Shown: positions 19,335 to 27,700 of the stretch, one piece after another | Numbering within the stretch: the stretch's first letter is position 1 | How the letters are laid out: every line of letters begins with the position of its first letter | Virus record (IMG/VR): IMGVR_UViG_3300031953_000001 | Length of the DNA: 64,000 bases | Source of the DNA: a virus | Lineage: Duplodnaviria; Caudoviricetes | Reading direction: 5' to 3' (one strand) | Notes under the pieces: generated by a model | What the model saw: only the letters and a program-made list of their open reading frames with translations | Databases searched by the model: none | What the model was told of the DNA's origin: nothing | Made by a program: the position numbers and the translations under genes

Positions 19335-19565
19335 CTAAAGGGTAGGATCGATGCGCACGTCGTACGCGGCACCGCGTTTGAGAGGCACCGCCTCACCCGA
19401 GTAAACCACCCCACACCACAAAGGTCCAGAGAAATAAAGAATACTGGGTACCGACTTAGGGTCCATGTTCGCTAACCCACACAGGGCCGCGTACGCCATC
19501 TCTCGACGGTTGTCAACCACGACGTCTGTGCCGTTCACGGTAATAGCAACGGTATTTTTTGTCAC
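19335..19565 (-). CDS. ubiquitin-like (multi-ubiquitin/beta-grasp) domain protein
   Basis: VAITVNG...MAYAALCGLA...SILY..G...GVVYSGEAVPLKRGAAYDV resembles the bacterial Multi_ubiq pattern; GTG start 3 bp after the endolysin stop. Confidence 0.55.
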   Translation of the reverse strand: MTKNTVAITVNGTDVVVDNRREMAYAALCGLANMDPKSVPSILYFSGPLWCGVVYSGEAVPLKRGAAYDVRIDPTL

Positions 19566-19568
19566 AAG

Positions 19569-20372
19569 TTAGACCGTCGTCTGACGCGCGTACGCTTCAG
19601 CCATTTTTTCATCGTACTTGTTCTTTTTGTAAGACGGTCCGTTGTAGATGCGTGCAAACGTTGCCCAGTCTTTTTGTTCTAACGCGCGGTGTAGCCGTGG
19701 GTCCGCGGCGATAAACCGTACAAAGGCATACAGTTGATGGGCTTCGTCGATGCACATCTTCGACATAAAGTCGTCCACTGAAGCGTAGTTGAGATACTTC
19801 CAGTGAAAACCCATGATCTGATATCGTCCGTACGATGCACTTTCTTTGGCAGCTGGGGTGTTCAACTCCATAGCTTTGCGCAGACGAGTCCATTCGTGCT
19901 TGCCCCCACGGTAACCGCCCCAACCGGTGTTGACCAAATCAGGACGTGCCGCTCGACCCAACTCCGCTGCCAGAGGTAACTTGGCCTCAAGCAGACGACG
20001 GTTCATGATGTGGCGCTCAAACAAGATTTTCGGCAGACCCGCTTCTAAGAAACCACCGCCTTGACTTTCCACCTCAGACACCGCCTTGATGGCCGCTACC
20101 TCTACACTCAACATTTCCGCAGCCCGCATCACGTCTTTCTCGGTCAACTGCCAATCGTCGACGCGGTTGTCGTTCAACTCTTCCCAGGTTCGCTTACCGG
20201 CTACGCCGTCGGCCAACAGTCCCGCTTTTGTTTGAAACGCCACTAAGGCCCGGTGGGTACCTGGCCCAAAGGCCCCGTCATCGGGTGGATTAAGGTGACC
20301 TTTATCGATCAACAGGCGCTGCAGCTGTGCCACTGCCTGGCCCCGAGAACCCAACTTTATCAATTTACTCAT
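19569..20372 (-). CDS. modular endolysin: peptidoglycan-binding domain + DUF3380 N-acetylmuramidase
   Basis: IKLGSRGQAVAQLQ...DGAFGPGT...DGVAG..TW; AVSEVES, ILFERH, SYGRYQIMGF, FAR.YNGP.Y. Confidence 0.92.
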   Translation of the reverse strand: MSKLIKLGSRGQAVAQLQRLLIDKGHLNPPDDGAFGPGTHRALVAFQTKAGLLADGVAGKRTWEELNDNRVDDWQLTEKDVMRAAEMLSVEVAAIKAVSEVESQGGGFLEAGLPKILFERHIMNRRLLEAKLPLAAELGRAARPDLVNTGWGGYRGGKHEWTRLRKAMELNTPAAKESASYGRYQIMGFHWKYLNYASVDDFMSKMCIDEAHQLYAFVRFIAADPRLHRALEQKDWATFARIYNGPSYKKNKYDEKMAEAYARQTTV

Positions 20373-20391
20373 GTTGTGCACCTTTTATTAA

Positions 20392-21429
20392 TTAATCGGC
20401 CGCTGTGCAACCCGTTGGAACCGTAATGAGCATATCAGTATCGCCAATGATGCTGGCGGTACTTACAATGTCCACGTCAGAGAGGACAGTTCCTTTTACT
20501 CGCGAGACGTCCAAGGTAATAACACCTGCCTGACTGCGCGCGTTGTTGCCAATCGACGTATTGATCGCGTTAATCGCACCGGCGGCGCTACTGATGACGC
20601 TGCCCTTAACCAATACCCCGTTCAAGGTAGTGACGCCACCACTGATGATGTCCTTACCAACCGTGCTGCCAGTGCCAATGTTGATCGCACCGCTGCCGGT
20701 GGAAACTGAGCCTCCCACAGTAACGTTGTTGGTCAGACCTACAACGCCCGCGCCGGTACTGACAACGCTACCACACAACCAACTTCGGTCGCCTATGGTG
20801 ATGCCGCCAGCGGTGGTGGCGATACCGCCGCCAAGGACGACGTCCGTTAATAAGGTAACCACCCCATCGGTGGATGACACCTCACCGTCCACCGTGCTTC
20901 TCACCCCTAAATTAATCCCGCCGGCTTGGGTGCTGACATCCCCCCCGACTCGACTTTTATACTCCAAGGTTATTACACCGGTAGAGGCACTGGTGCTGAT
21001 GTTCCCAGACAGTCTACTTTCACTGGCTAAATTAACGGTCCCCACCCCGACTACGTTGGCGTTCATTATTGAATTTGCACCCAACACAAACGCCGCGTTG
21101 GTAATCAACGTAAGGTCCTCGGACGGTTTTCCAGCGTTGATCAGATTGCCCGTCCCGGTGGTGAAGGTTCCGGAAAAGGTAATCGTAACCGGAGTCACAC
21201 CGCCCAGAGCGATGGTGTCGCCTGCAACCAACTCCAACGCACTGCATCCGTAGGAGCGCGCCCCGGCATCGATGAGACTACAGCCTATGGGTAGCGTGTC
21301 TCCATTGGAAGAAAACGTGTAATTAGTGGCGGCTTGAACAAGATTGCTTAACAGCAACCCTACCACCAGCAGCGTCTGACACAAGAGTTGTATCGGCGTA
21401 TACCGACGGTGGGGGCTTTGGTGTTTCAT
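20392..21429 (-). CDS. secreted Gly/Thr-rich beta-helix repeat protein
   Basis: Signal peptide ending VQA-A; roughly 25-aa repeats G.I.T..G.I.LG...TV.G. Confidence 0.65.
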   Translation of the reverse strand: MKHQSPHRRYTPIQLLCQTLLVVGLLLSNLVQAATNYTFSSNGDTLPIGCSLIDAGARSYGCSALELVAGDTIALGGVTPVTITFSGTFTTGTGNLINAGKPSEDLTLITNAAFVLGANSIMNANVVGVGTVNLASESRLSGNISTSASTGVITLEYKSRVGGDVSTQAGGINLGVRSTVDGEVSSTDGVVTLLTDVVLGGGIATTAGGITIGDRSWLCGSVVSTGAGVVGLTNNVTVGGSVSTGSGAINIGTGSTVGKDIISGGVTTLNGVLVKGSVISSAAGAINAINTSIGNNARSQAGVITLDVSRVKGTVLSDVDIVSTASIIGDTDMLITVPTGCTAAD

Positions 21430-21467
21430 TGTGGTGTTTCCTGGTGATGGGTTAATAGCTTAGTGCA

Positions 21468-22682
21468 TTAAAAGTTAGGTAAATAGTTGGTTTGGATGTT
21501 GCTGTCGAAACTGAAACCGCCAAAGAGAGTTACTTGACTCACAGTCCAACCGCTGAGGTCCTGATTGAAGGCCCCCGCAAAACTGAACATGGAACTCATG
21601 TTGGTCACCTTACTCACATCCCACTGACTCAAAGGTCGGTTGAAGGCGCCAGCTCGATAGAACATAGAACCCATGTCCACCACGTTGCCTACCCCCCAAT
21701 CGTTCAAAGGAAGGTTAAACGCCGTCGCTCTAAAGAACATGGCGTTCATGTTGGTGACGCTGCTGACATCCCAGCTGTTGAGCGGTTGATTAAATGATTC
21801 GGCCCCAGAGAACATCTGCATTGTGGTCTCAACACCGCTGACATCCCAAGCCTCCAGCGGCTGGTTGTAGCTTACGGCTCGGTTAAACATGGCCGTCATA
21901 TCCACCACACCGCTGACGTTCCATTGGTTAAGCGGTAGATTAAAGGCCGCGGCCTCTCGGAACATGTGTGAGGTGTCGATCACATTACTCATGTCCCAGT
22001 GGCTAATATTGCTGTTGAAGTCAGCTGCCCCGTAAAACATATACCGACACGACGTCCCAGGGAGAAAGGCCGGACTGTCAGCGTCGTTGATCACAAACCC
22101 GGTCCGGTTTTGGAACATACGTTCGCCTGAGGCAAACGTAGTTAGTCCCCACCGCCATATATTTTTCCACTGTTTCTGATGTTCTGGTAACGGTGCGGTA
22201 AACCCGGCGATGGCGCCTAACACATGAACGTCGTATATCCCAGGGACCGCGTAAGTGTGACTGATGCCCCGGGTGGTTGTTACATACCCAGAGCCATCGC
22301 CCCAGTCGATGGTGACGTCACTGCCGGCGGCAAAGGGTAAGGCCACGTCGGCGGCGCCTGCCGTGTCACCTTCGGTGTCGATCAATATATGCGTACCGTC
22401 CCGGATCGGATGTCCCCGCATTAAGATAACGGCGATCTCATCGCGAACCGACTCACCCATAAACAGAGGTTGGCTGAACAGCTGATCGATGTCGGTGATT
22501 GTAGGGTCGTCTCGTTTGACTTGAAAGACCAGTCTTGCGTACTCATCGCCTTTGATTTGAGCCGTGGATTTGGCGCTGAGGAGATCCCATGGAGTGACCT
22601 CTGATAACACCGCTTGCCGGTAAGCTTCGGTGGCGTTGTACAGCTCATTGCGTTTGGCATAAAGATCGTCGAGGATAGCCAT
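21468..22682 (-). CDS. BspA/DUF285 repeat surface protein with N-terminal phage module and PKD-like domain
   Basis: About six repeats of FNxPLxxWDVSxVxxMxxMFxxAxx; TIDWGDG...HTY. Confidence 0.9.
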   Translation of the reverse strand: MAILDDLYAKRNELYNATEAYRQAVLSEVTPWDLLSAKSTAQIKGDEYARLVFQVKRDDPTITDIDQLFSQPLFMGESVRDEIAVILMRGHPIRDGTHILIDTEGDTAGAADVALPFAAGSDVTIDWGDGSGYVTTTRGISHTYAVPGIYDVHVLGAIAGFTAPLPEHQKQWKNIWRWGLTTFASGERMFQNRTGFVINDADSPAFLPGTSCRYMFYGAADFNSNISHWDMSNVIDTSHMFREAAAFNLPLNQWNVSGVVDMTAMFNRAVSYNQPLEAWDVSGVETTMQMFSGAESFNQPLNSWDVSSVTNMNAMFFRATAFNLPLNDWGVGNVVDMGSMFYRAGAFNRPLSQWDVSKVTNMSSMFSFAGAFNQDLSGWTVSQVTLFGGFSFDSNIQTNYLPNF

Positions 22683-22734
22683 ATCTGAGTCTCAAGGAAA
22701 GGCGAACGTACGGTACAACGACCCACCCCGATCG

Positions 22735-23487
22735 TTATTTACGAAACAACGTCTCACCTAACCATCCAATGGGGTCTATGCGGTGGAAACGTACTTGATT
22801 TGGGTGTCGATGATGTTCTTCGTGCCAGCAGTCACCGAGAATAAAGGGAAACATCCATAAACTGCTGTGGGCGCGGTCGTGATCGTTGCCCCAACCGTGG
22901 CCCCAGGTGTTGGCTAACGATTGCAGTTGCCACACCAGAGCCGGTGGCGCCCAGACTAGAGCCAAGGCCCAGTCCAACGGCAGCAGCCAGAGACTGCCTA
23001 ACAACACCGATCCGTAGATCTTCCAGTAGTGTCTGTGAAACCCCACATGCCAGGTATCTCGCAACAAACGCCCGGCATGCCGGCCGCTGACCTCTCGAAA
23101 GGTGTACCCTAACAGCTGAATGGCCAGCCAATGACTCTGAGCTGGACTATGAGGGTCCTTAGGGGTCCCCTGGTGCTTGTGATGGGCATTGTGAGTGGCA
23201 ACCCACCCCAACGTACTGCCTTGAAGTGAAAGCCCTCCCAGAAGAGTTAGAATCACCTCTACGGATCGGGGTACAGTTACGGTCTTGTGCGTCAGCACTC
23301 GATGGTACATAAAACTGATCCCCAGTTGTGAGATCAGGTACGCCATCCCTAGGGCCAGTAACAGAGCGCCACCGGCACCAGAAAAGACCAATGTCAAAAC
23401 GACAGCGTGTGACGCGATGATCACGCTGTAATGCAAGACTCGGTTCAGAGGTACGATTTCTACATTGATCGCGCGCAGTCGGTCCAT
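22735..23487 (-). CDS. membrane fatty acid desaturase family protein (#5, most divergent)
   Basis: His boxes HRVLTH, HNAHH, HEEHH; TM segments. Confidence 0.9.
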   Translation of the reverse strand: MDRLRAINVEIVPLNRVLHYSVIIASHAVVLTLVFSGAGGALLLALGMAYLISQLGISFMYHRVLTHKTVTVPRSVEVILTLLGGLSLQGSTLGWVATHNAHHKHQGTPKDPHSPAQSHWLAIQLLGYTFREVSGRHAGRLLRDTWHVGFHRHYWKIYGSVLLGSLWLLPLDWALALVWAPPALVWQLQSLANTWGHGWGNDHDRAHSSLWMFPFILGDCWHEEHHRHPNQVRFHRIDPIGWLGETLFRK

Positions 23488-23516
23488 GGTACTTCCTTTT
23501 AAGTCAATAAGAACGT

Positions 23517-24416
23517 TCAAAGCGTCTCTATGTCAAAGGCATTGAAGAAGGCTTCATCCAAGTGACCATACCGATCGTTCCAGCGTCGGGTGTTTTCTTT
23601 TACCGCTTGGTAGAAGGGGTCGCTCAAATGAGACTTCACCTCAAACGCCCTGTTCAGGTAACGGCGAAACGGGATTTGCAAGAACACTCGGTCGGTGGTG
23701 AGGTTTGGGGTCCATGGGTAGATGGGACCTGCAAAGTTGGCGACAGCGGCTTCTCTTAATCGGACATGATGTCTAAGGCACATCGAGTAGGTCAAACGAT
23801 CCACCACGCTGACTTCGGGTTTGATCACAAAATTGCCTGGCAATAACCCTTTCTTTAGCGGGGCGGCTAACCGATTAATGAAGTGTTTGTAATGCCCTCG
23901 GTCTGGGTTGTCTTGGGCTAAGTAACGTGCGTCCAGATCAGCCCAGTCTGGGTTTGATCGTAATCGGGCCAAGTTGAACACCGCCAGTCCCAACGTGAAA
24001 TAACTCTTAGATCGCACCAGACGATCGGGGTGATGTGGATCGAATCTCACATACAGGTCGTTCATTGAGGACAACTCAAACGGACGGTCGGGTCGAACAA
24101 CCACGTCTTGACCGCTCAGATCGGCGTGACTCACCTCAGCGATGGGTCGGTTACACACACTGTGACTGCTCACCAAACACACCCGGTCTTCGGTGCTGTG
24201 CTCAAGTAACGTAGACAGAACCGCCACCGGGTCAGCACGGTGGATCTGAACGTACTCAAGGGTGTCGGCAAATGCCGCTTCCAATCGCCTGAGAGCCAAT
24301 ACATCGTCGCTGTAGACTCGGCACCGCCAAGTCGGGTTCTTCAGTTTAAAACTGTGAATCGCCACTATGGCCTGATCGACTTTTTCCCATGGCACCACAA
24401 AAGCAGCAAAGGCCAT
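23517..24416 (-). CDS. GT8-like glycosyltransferase with degenerate catalytic motifs
   Basis: DRVCLVSSH (in place of D+VLYLDxD), YFTLGLAVFNL (YFNSGV..+NL), NFAGPIYPW (HF.G..KPW). Confidence 0.6.
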   Translation of the reverse strand: MAFAAFVVPWEKVDQAIVAIHSFKLKNPTWRCRVYSDDVLALRRLEAAFADTLEYVQIHRADPVAVLSTLLEHSTEDRVCLVSSHSVCNRPIAEVSHADLSGQDVVVRPDRPFELSSMNDLYVRFDPHHPDRLVRSKSYFTLGLAVFNLARLRSNPDWADLDARYLAQDNPDRGHYKHFINRLAAPLKKGLLPGNFVIKPEVSVVDRLTYSMCLRHHVRLREAAVANFAGPIYPWTPNLTTDRVFLQIPFRRYLNRAFEVKSHLSDPFYQAVKENTRRWNDRYGHLDEAFFNAFDIETL

Positions 24417-24426
24417 GACGGTCTCC

Positions 24427-24951
24427 TTATGCGTTTAAGAAATCGATTTCCAAGGCCGCCATGACCCCGCCATTGGGACCTGCGGTGACCGTAATCTCAC
24501 TGCCTGATAGTCGAACGATCTGCATGTCGTTCACGGGCGTGTCATTAAGAGACACTTCCCCCAACACCGGCGCCAGGTACCCAGGAAAGCCTACCGACAT
24601 CGTCTCATTAGGTCCTAAGACCAAACGGTGGGGTTTGATCACCCGGTGGTTTGGGTTGGTGGTGTTCAGACAGATGCCGATGGTCTCTTCCAGCGCAGTG
24701 ACCTTAGTCCAATACGGATTGCCTTTCTGTGCAATGTCGTCGTGGGCGGTCAGTTGGTATTCGTTGAACGTGTTTTGACTTAAGGTACTGCCTTTGACCA
24801 AGAACCGACTTTCCACCACCGGTATAAAATCGTCGGTGTACTTTTCTTCCCAGTGGGGTTTCTTCCCCAGAATGAAAGACTCGTCTTTGTCAACGTAGAA
24901 CTTAGCCACCGCCACACCTTCGTGACGCAAGCGATTAACCCGTGTGCGCAT
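24427..24951 (-). CDS. hypothetical protein, possibly cupin/beta-barrel
   Basis: 174 aa, beta-strand-like pattern; co-directional in the cassette. Confidence 0.55.
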   Translation of the reverse strand: MRTRVNRLRHEGVAVAKFYVDKDESFILGKKPHWEEKYTDDFIPVVESRFLVKGSTLSQNTFNEYQLTAHDDIAQKGNPYWTKVTALEETIGICLNTTNPNHRVIKPHRLVLGPNETMSVGFPGYLAPVLGEVSLNDTPVNDMQIVRLSGSEITVTAGPNGGVMAALEIDFLNA

Positions 24952-24953
24952 GA

Positions 24954-25247
24954 TTAAAACTCCAGAGGTTGGTCTTGGGTGTGGACATCGCCGTCATCGT
25001 AATGCACGTACAGGGCGTCTGGGGTCGATCCGACCCGCTGTTCAATAAGTTCGCGGAGTTGTGAAGATAATGCCAACTCAGCAGGCAACTCAGGCCGCAG
25101 CTCTTCGATCAACTCTCGCATACGAATGAGAGGCAAGTTAGGGTCGTCAACTATGGCTTGAGGCAACGGGTGGCTATGCACCACCCACCCCCAATCGACT
25201 AACGCAGTCTTATCGACCAGATCAATGGCTTTGACTACAAAGGACAT
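24954..25247 (-). CDS. hypothetical protein
   Basis: GGAG RBS before ATG 25247. Confidence 0.55.
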   Translation of the reverse strand: MSFVVKAIDLVDKTALVDWGWVVHSHPLPQAIVDDPNLPLIRMRELIEELRPELPAELALSSQLRELIEQRVGSTPDALYVHYDDGDVHTQDQPLEF

Positions 25248-25258
25248 CACGTTCTCCA

Positions 25259-26116
25259 TCAGAGTTGTTTGGGGTAGGTACGTTGGTGCTCTAACGCGAT
25301 GAGGGACAGCGTCTTCTCCATCCGCTCTGAACTGTCGTCTACCCAACAAACCCCACTGTAAGGGCTGGCTAGGAAACGCCTCAGCGCGATGTGTGGGTTG
25401 GTCTGTGAAAACACCGCCTTGTATATTTGTCGGTAGATGTTTCGGGCACAGGTGGGGTCCGTGCTGTCTACTAACTTCACGACCTTACCCAACAGTAACC
25501 CCAACAACCCCATTTCGGAGGCAGAGGTGGTGTATACGGTCTCAGCCCGACGTAAGTAATCGAACCCACTCAAAGTGGCAGGTAACACCGCCCCTGGAAA
25601 ACTGTCGTTCAACTTTTTCAACCAAGCCCCGTTAGTGATGGGATGGGGTTTGATCTTACTGCCCCGCCGATACAGCTGGAACACCCTGACCCAATCGACG
25701 TTGTGTTCCAACAAGTTGGTGCCCGGTAGAAACACCACCGATGGGATGGTGGTTTTGTCCAACTGACGAGTGAGTCGATACTTATCCAACCGCATCCCCA
25801 ACAGACGTTGTTCCACATCGATAGGTTCAGCATCGGTGTCGCTGACCGCCGAGATTGCCATACCGTACCGAAGTCTATCGTCGCAGGGGGTGATCATGAT
25901 GGCTCGGGTAAAGAGTTCGGTGTAATGTAAGGATTTGAATTCAGGATCGGGGGTGTAATAAATGTCGTACAACACTTCTTTGGTTGTCAGCGACTCTAAC
26001 CGTTGTCCTAAGACGTCCAATTGACTCAAAGCCGCCACTCGACCTAAAGGGCCGGATTTGAAGACCTGAGTCACCGCTGAGTCTATACGGTCCTCAGTAA
26101 ACGACCGTCGGGTCAT
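25259..26116 (-). CDS. capsule-biosynthesis (KpsS/KpsC-like) GT-B glycosyltransferase-like protein
   Basis: VVFLPG, IKPHP, AETVYTTSASEMGLLGLLLGKVV match the Capsule_synth-type pattern. Confidence 0.65.
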   Translation of the reverse strand: MTRRSFTEDRIDSAVTQVFKSGPLGRVAALSQLDVLGQRLESLTTKEVLYDIYYTPDPEFKSLHYTELFTRAIMITPCDDRLRYGMAISAVSDTDAEPIDVEQRLLGMRLDKYRLTRQLDKTTIPSVVFLPGTNLLEHNVDWVRVFQLYRRGSKIKPHPITNGAWLKKLNDSFPGAVLPATLSGFDYLRRAETVYTTSASEMGLLGLLLGKVVKLVDSTDPTCARNIYRQIYKAVFSQTNPHIALRRFLASPYSGVCWVDDSSERMEKTLSLIALEHQRTYPKQL

Positions 26117-26343
26117 ACGGCGCCGTCCAACCGTTTGGCCAAGATCTCGTCTACTCGGGACTGCACCCGATCGTCAACCACGGCGTTGATGTTGGTTTCA
26201 AACTCGTCCATAATCGCCGCTACCCGATCGTCAAACCGAGTGATGTGTTCCAATAACGCCTCGGCTAAGGTCTCAATGCGCAGGCGCGCAGCGTCCAGTT
26301 CGGCTAAGGTGACGGCTTTATCGGCTACGGTTGCTTCAGTCAT
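26113..26343 (-). CDS. small coiled-coil protein
   Basis: 76 aa heptad-like; stop overlaps the next start. Confidence 0.6.
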   Translation of the reverse strand: MTEATVADKAVTLAELDAARLRIETLAEALLEHITRFDDRVAAIMDEFETNINAVVDDRVQSRVDEILAKRLDGAV

Positions 26344-26357
26344 AAAATATTCCTTGC

Positions 26358-26870
26358 TCAGTATAGCTGTAGTGCGATGATGGCGGTGTTGGCTGAGGTG
26401 GTGTACTCAGTGGTTCGACTGCCGGCCAAGGTGGTGGTGTTTCGGGTTAAGGTGGTGTTTCTTGCTGTGACGTGCGATGTGGTGCGGGACGCAAAGACGG
26501 CGGTGGTGACCGAAGTACTCAATGTCTTCCCGCCGGTGTCTGGTATCTCCGTAATGCGCGAGGTGGTGCGAGACCCAGACTGATACGTAGTTGCGTACGA
26601 GGTGTTGAAACTCGTTGACGCTATCCAGGACGTTAAGGTCGTGGTGGAGGCGTCTGTGGTACGAGTGGCCGTGGCTGTGGTCACTCGGGTGGTGGACACC
26701 GACCGCGAGTAAGTCACGTTTAACATGTCGCTCAGACGAAACGGTGGCGTGAGCGGCATGCTTGGAAAGCCTCGACCCAGCAGGTTGGACATGCGATTGT
26801 CGGGGAGCGTGTTTTGAAATTCGGTGATCACGTCCGAGAATCGTAGCGGTGGACTGCCTTGTAATGCCAT
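26358..26870 (-). CDS. Ser/Thr-rich putative virion/fibre-associated protein
   Basis: N-terminus MALQGSPPLRFSDVITEF resembles phage fibre-tip accessory proteins; C-terminal two thirds dominated by T/S with SRTT repeats. Confidence 0.7.
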   Translation of the reverse strand: MALQGSPPLRFSDVITEFQNTLPDNRMSNLLGRGFPSMPLTPPFRLSDMLNVTYSRSVSTTRVTTATATRTTDASTTTLTSWIASTSFNTSYATTYQSGSRTTSRITEIPDTGGKTLSTSVTTAVFASRTTSHVTARNTTLTRNTTTLAGSRTTEYTTSANTAIIALQLY

Positions 26871-26873
26871 AGG

Positions 26874-27620
26874 TTACTCCTTTTTAATCAGACGAATAAA
26901 CCAGGCGGCAAAGTCCCATTCCCACCAGCGTTCTTGGGTGTTCCAATGTCCCGGGTGGGCGTGATGGTTGTTGTGCCATCCATCCCCAGCGGTTAATACG
27001 TTCATCAGCCAACTGTTACGACTGCGGTCGGGCGTCTCGTGGTTGCGGTAACCCCAACCATGGCCGAGGGTGTTGAACACTCCTTTCAGATGAAACAACA
27101 GAGCCGTAGGAAGACACCAGCCGTAGACCAGCAGTTTCCAGTCGATCAAACTCAACCCCAAGGCGTAAATCAGCAGAATGAGAACGTAGTAGTCGTGTGT
27201 GATCTGATAGAACCGTTGTTTACGTTCGGTTCGAATGGCGCGATGGTCCAAGACCCAAGGTCGATCCAGCCAATCTCCAAACCAAGCGTCGATAAGGCCG
27301 TGTTGGTGTTGGCTGTGTGGGTCTCTGGGGCGATCTGAAAAGCCGTGATGGGTTCGGTGTACCAATGCGTTTGTCAATGGCGAGCCTAATGCAGTCAAGA
27401 TCCCCACGCCCGTGAGTGCAAGCTCAATGGGTTTATAGGTTTCAAACGACCTGTGCGCCAACAATCGATGATACCCCACGGTGATGCCAAAGAACCCATA
27501 GGCGTAATAGATAGCTAATGTAAACCCAAGCCAGCCCCACCAGCCGAGATAGATCGCCAGAGGCAGAAACACACACAACACCAGTTGGTTGCAGATTTGA
27601 AGGTGTTTTAGATACGTCAT
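26874..27620 (-). CDS. membrane fatty acid desaturase (#4)
   Basis: HRLLAH, HRTHH, GDGWHNNHH. Confidence 0.92.
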   Translation of the reverse strand: MTYLKHLQICNQLVLCVFLPLAIYLGWWGWLGFTLAIYYAYGFFGITVGYHRLLAHRSFETYKPIELALTGVGILTALGSPLTNALVHRTHHGFSDRPRDPHSQHQHGLIDAWFGDWLDRPWVLDHRAIRTERKQRFYQITHDYYVLILLIYALGLSLIDWKLLVYGWCLPTALLFHLKGVFNTLGHGWGYRNHETPDRSRNSWLMNVLTAGDGWHNNHHAHPGHWNTQERWWEWDFAAWFIRLIKKE

Positions 27621-27700
27621 GGTTTACTCGCTCAATCGGAGTGGGTTCACTCTATTAGAGATCGCTGTCAAAGAACAGACATCCATGTCCTAATGAAACC

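Noticed and set aside
21468-22200. BspA repeats as a CRISPR array or DGR template/variable repeat
   Set aside because: Repeats are in-frame 75-bp coding units diverged at synonymous sites; no spacers, no reverse transcriptase, no adenine-specific mismatch pattern seen
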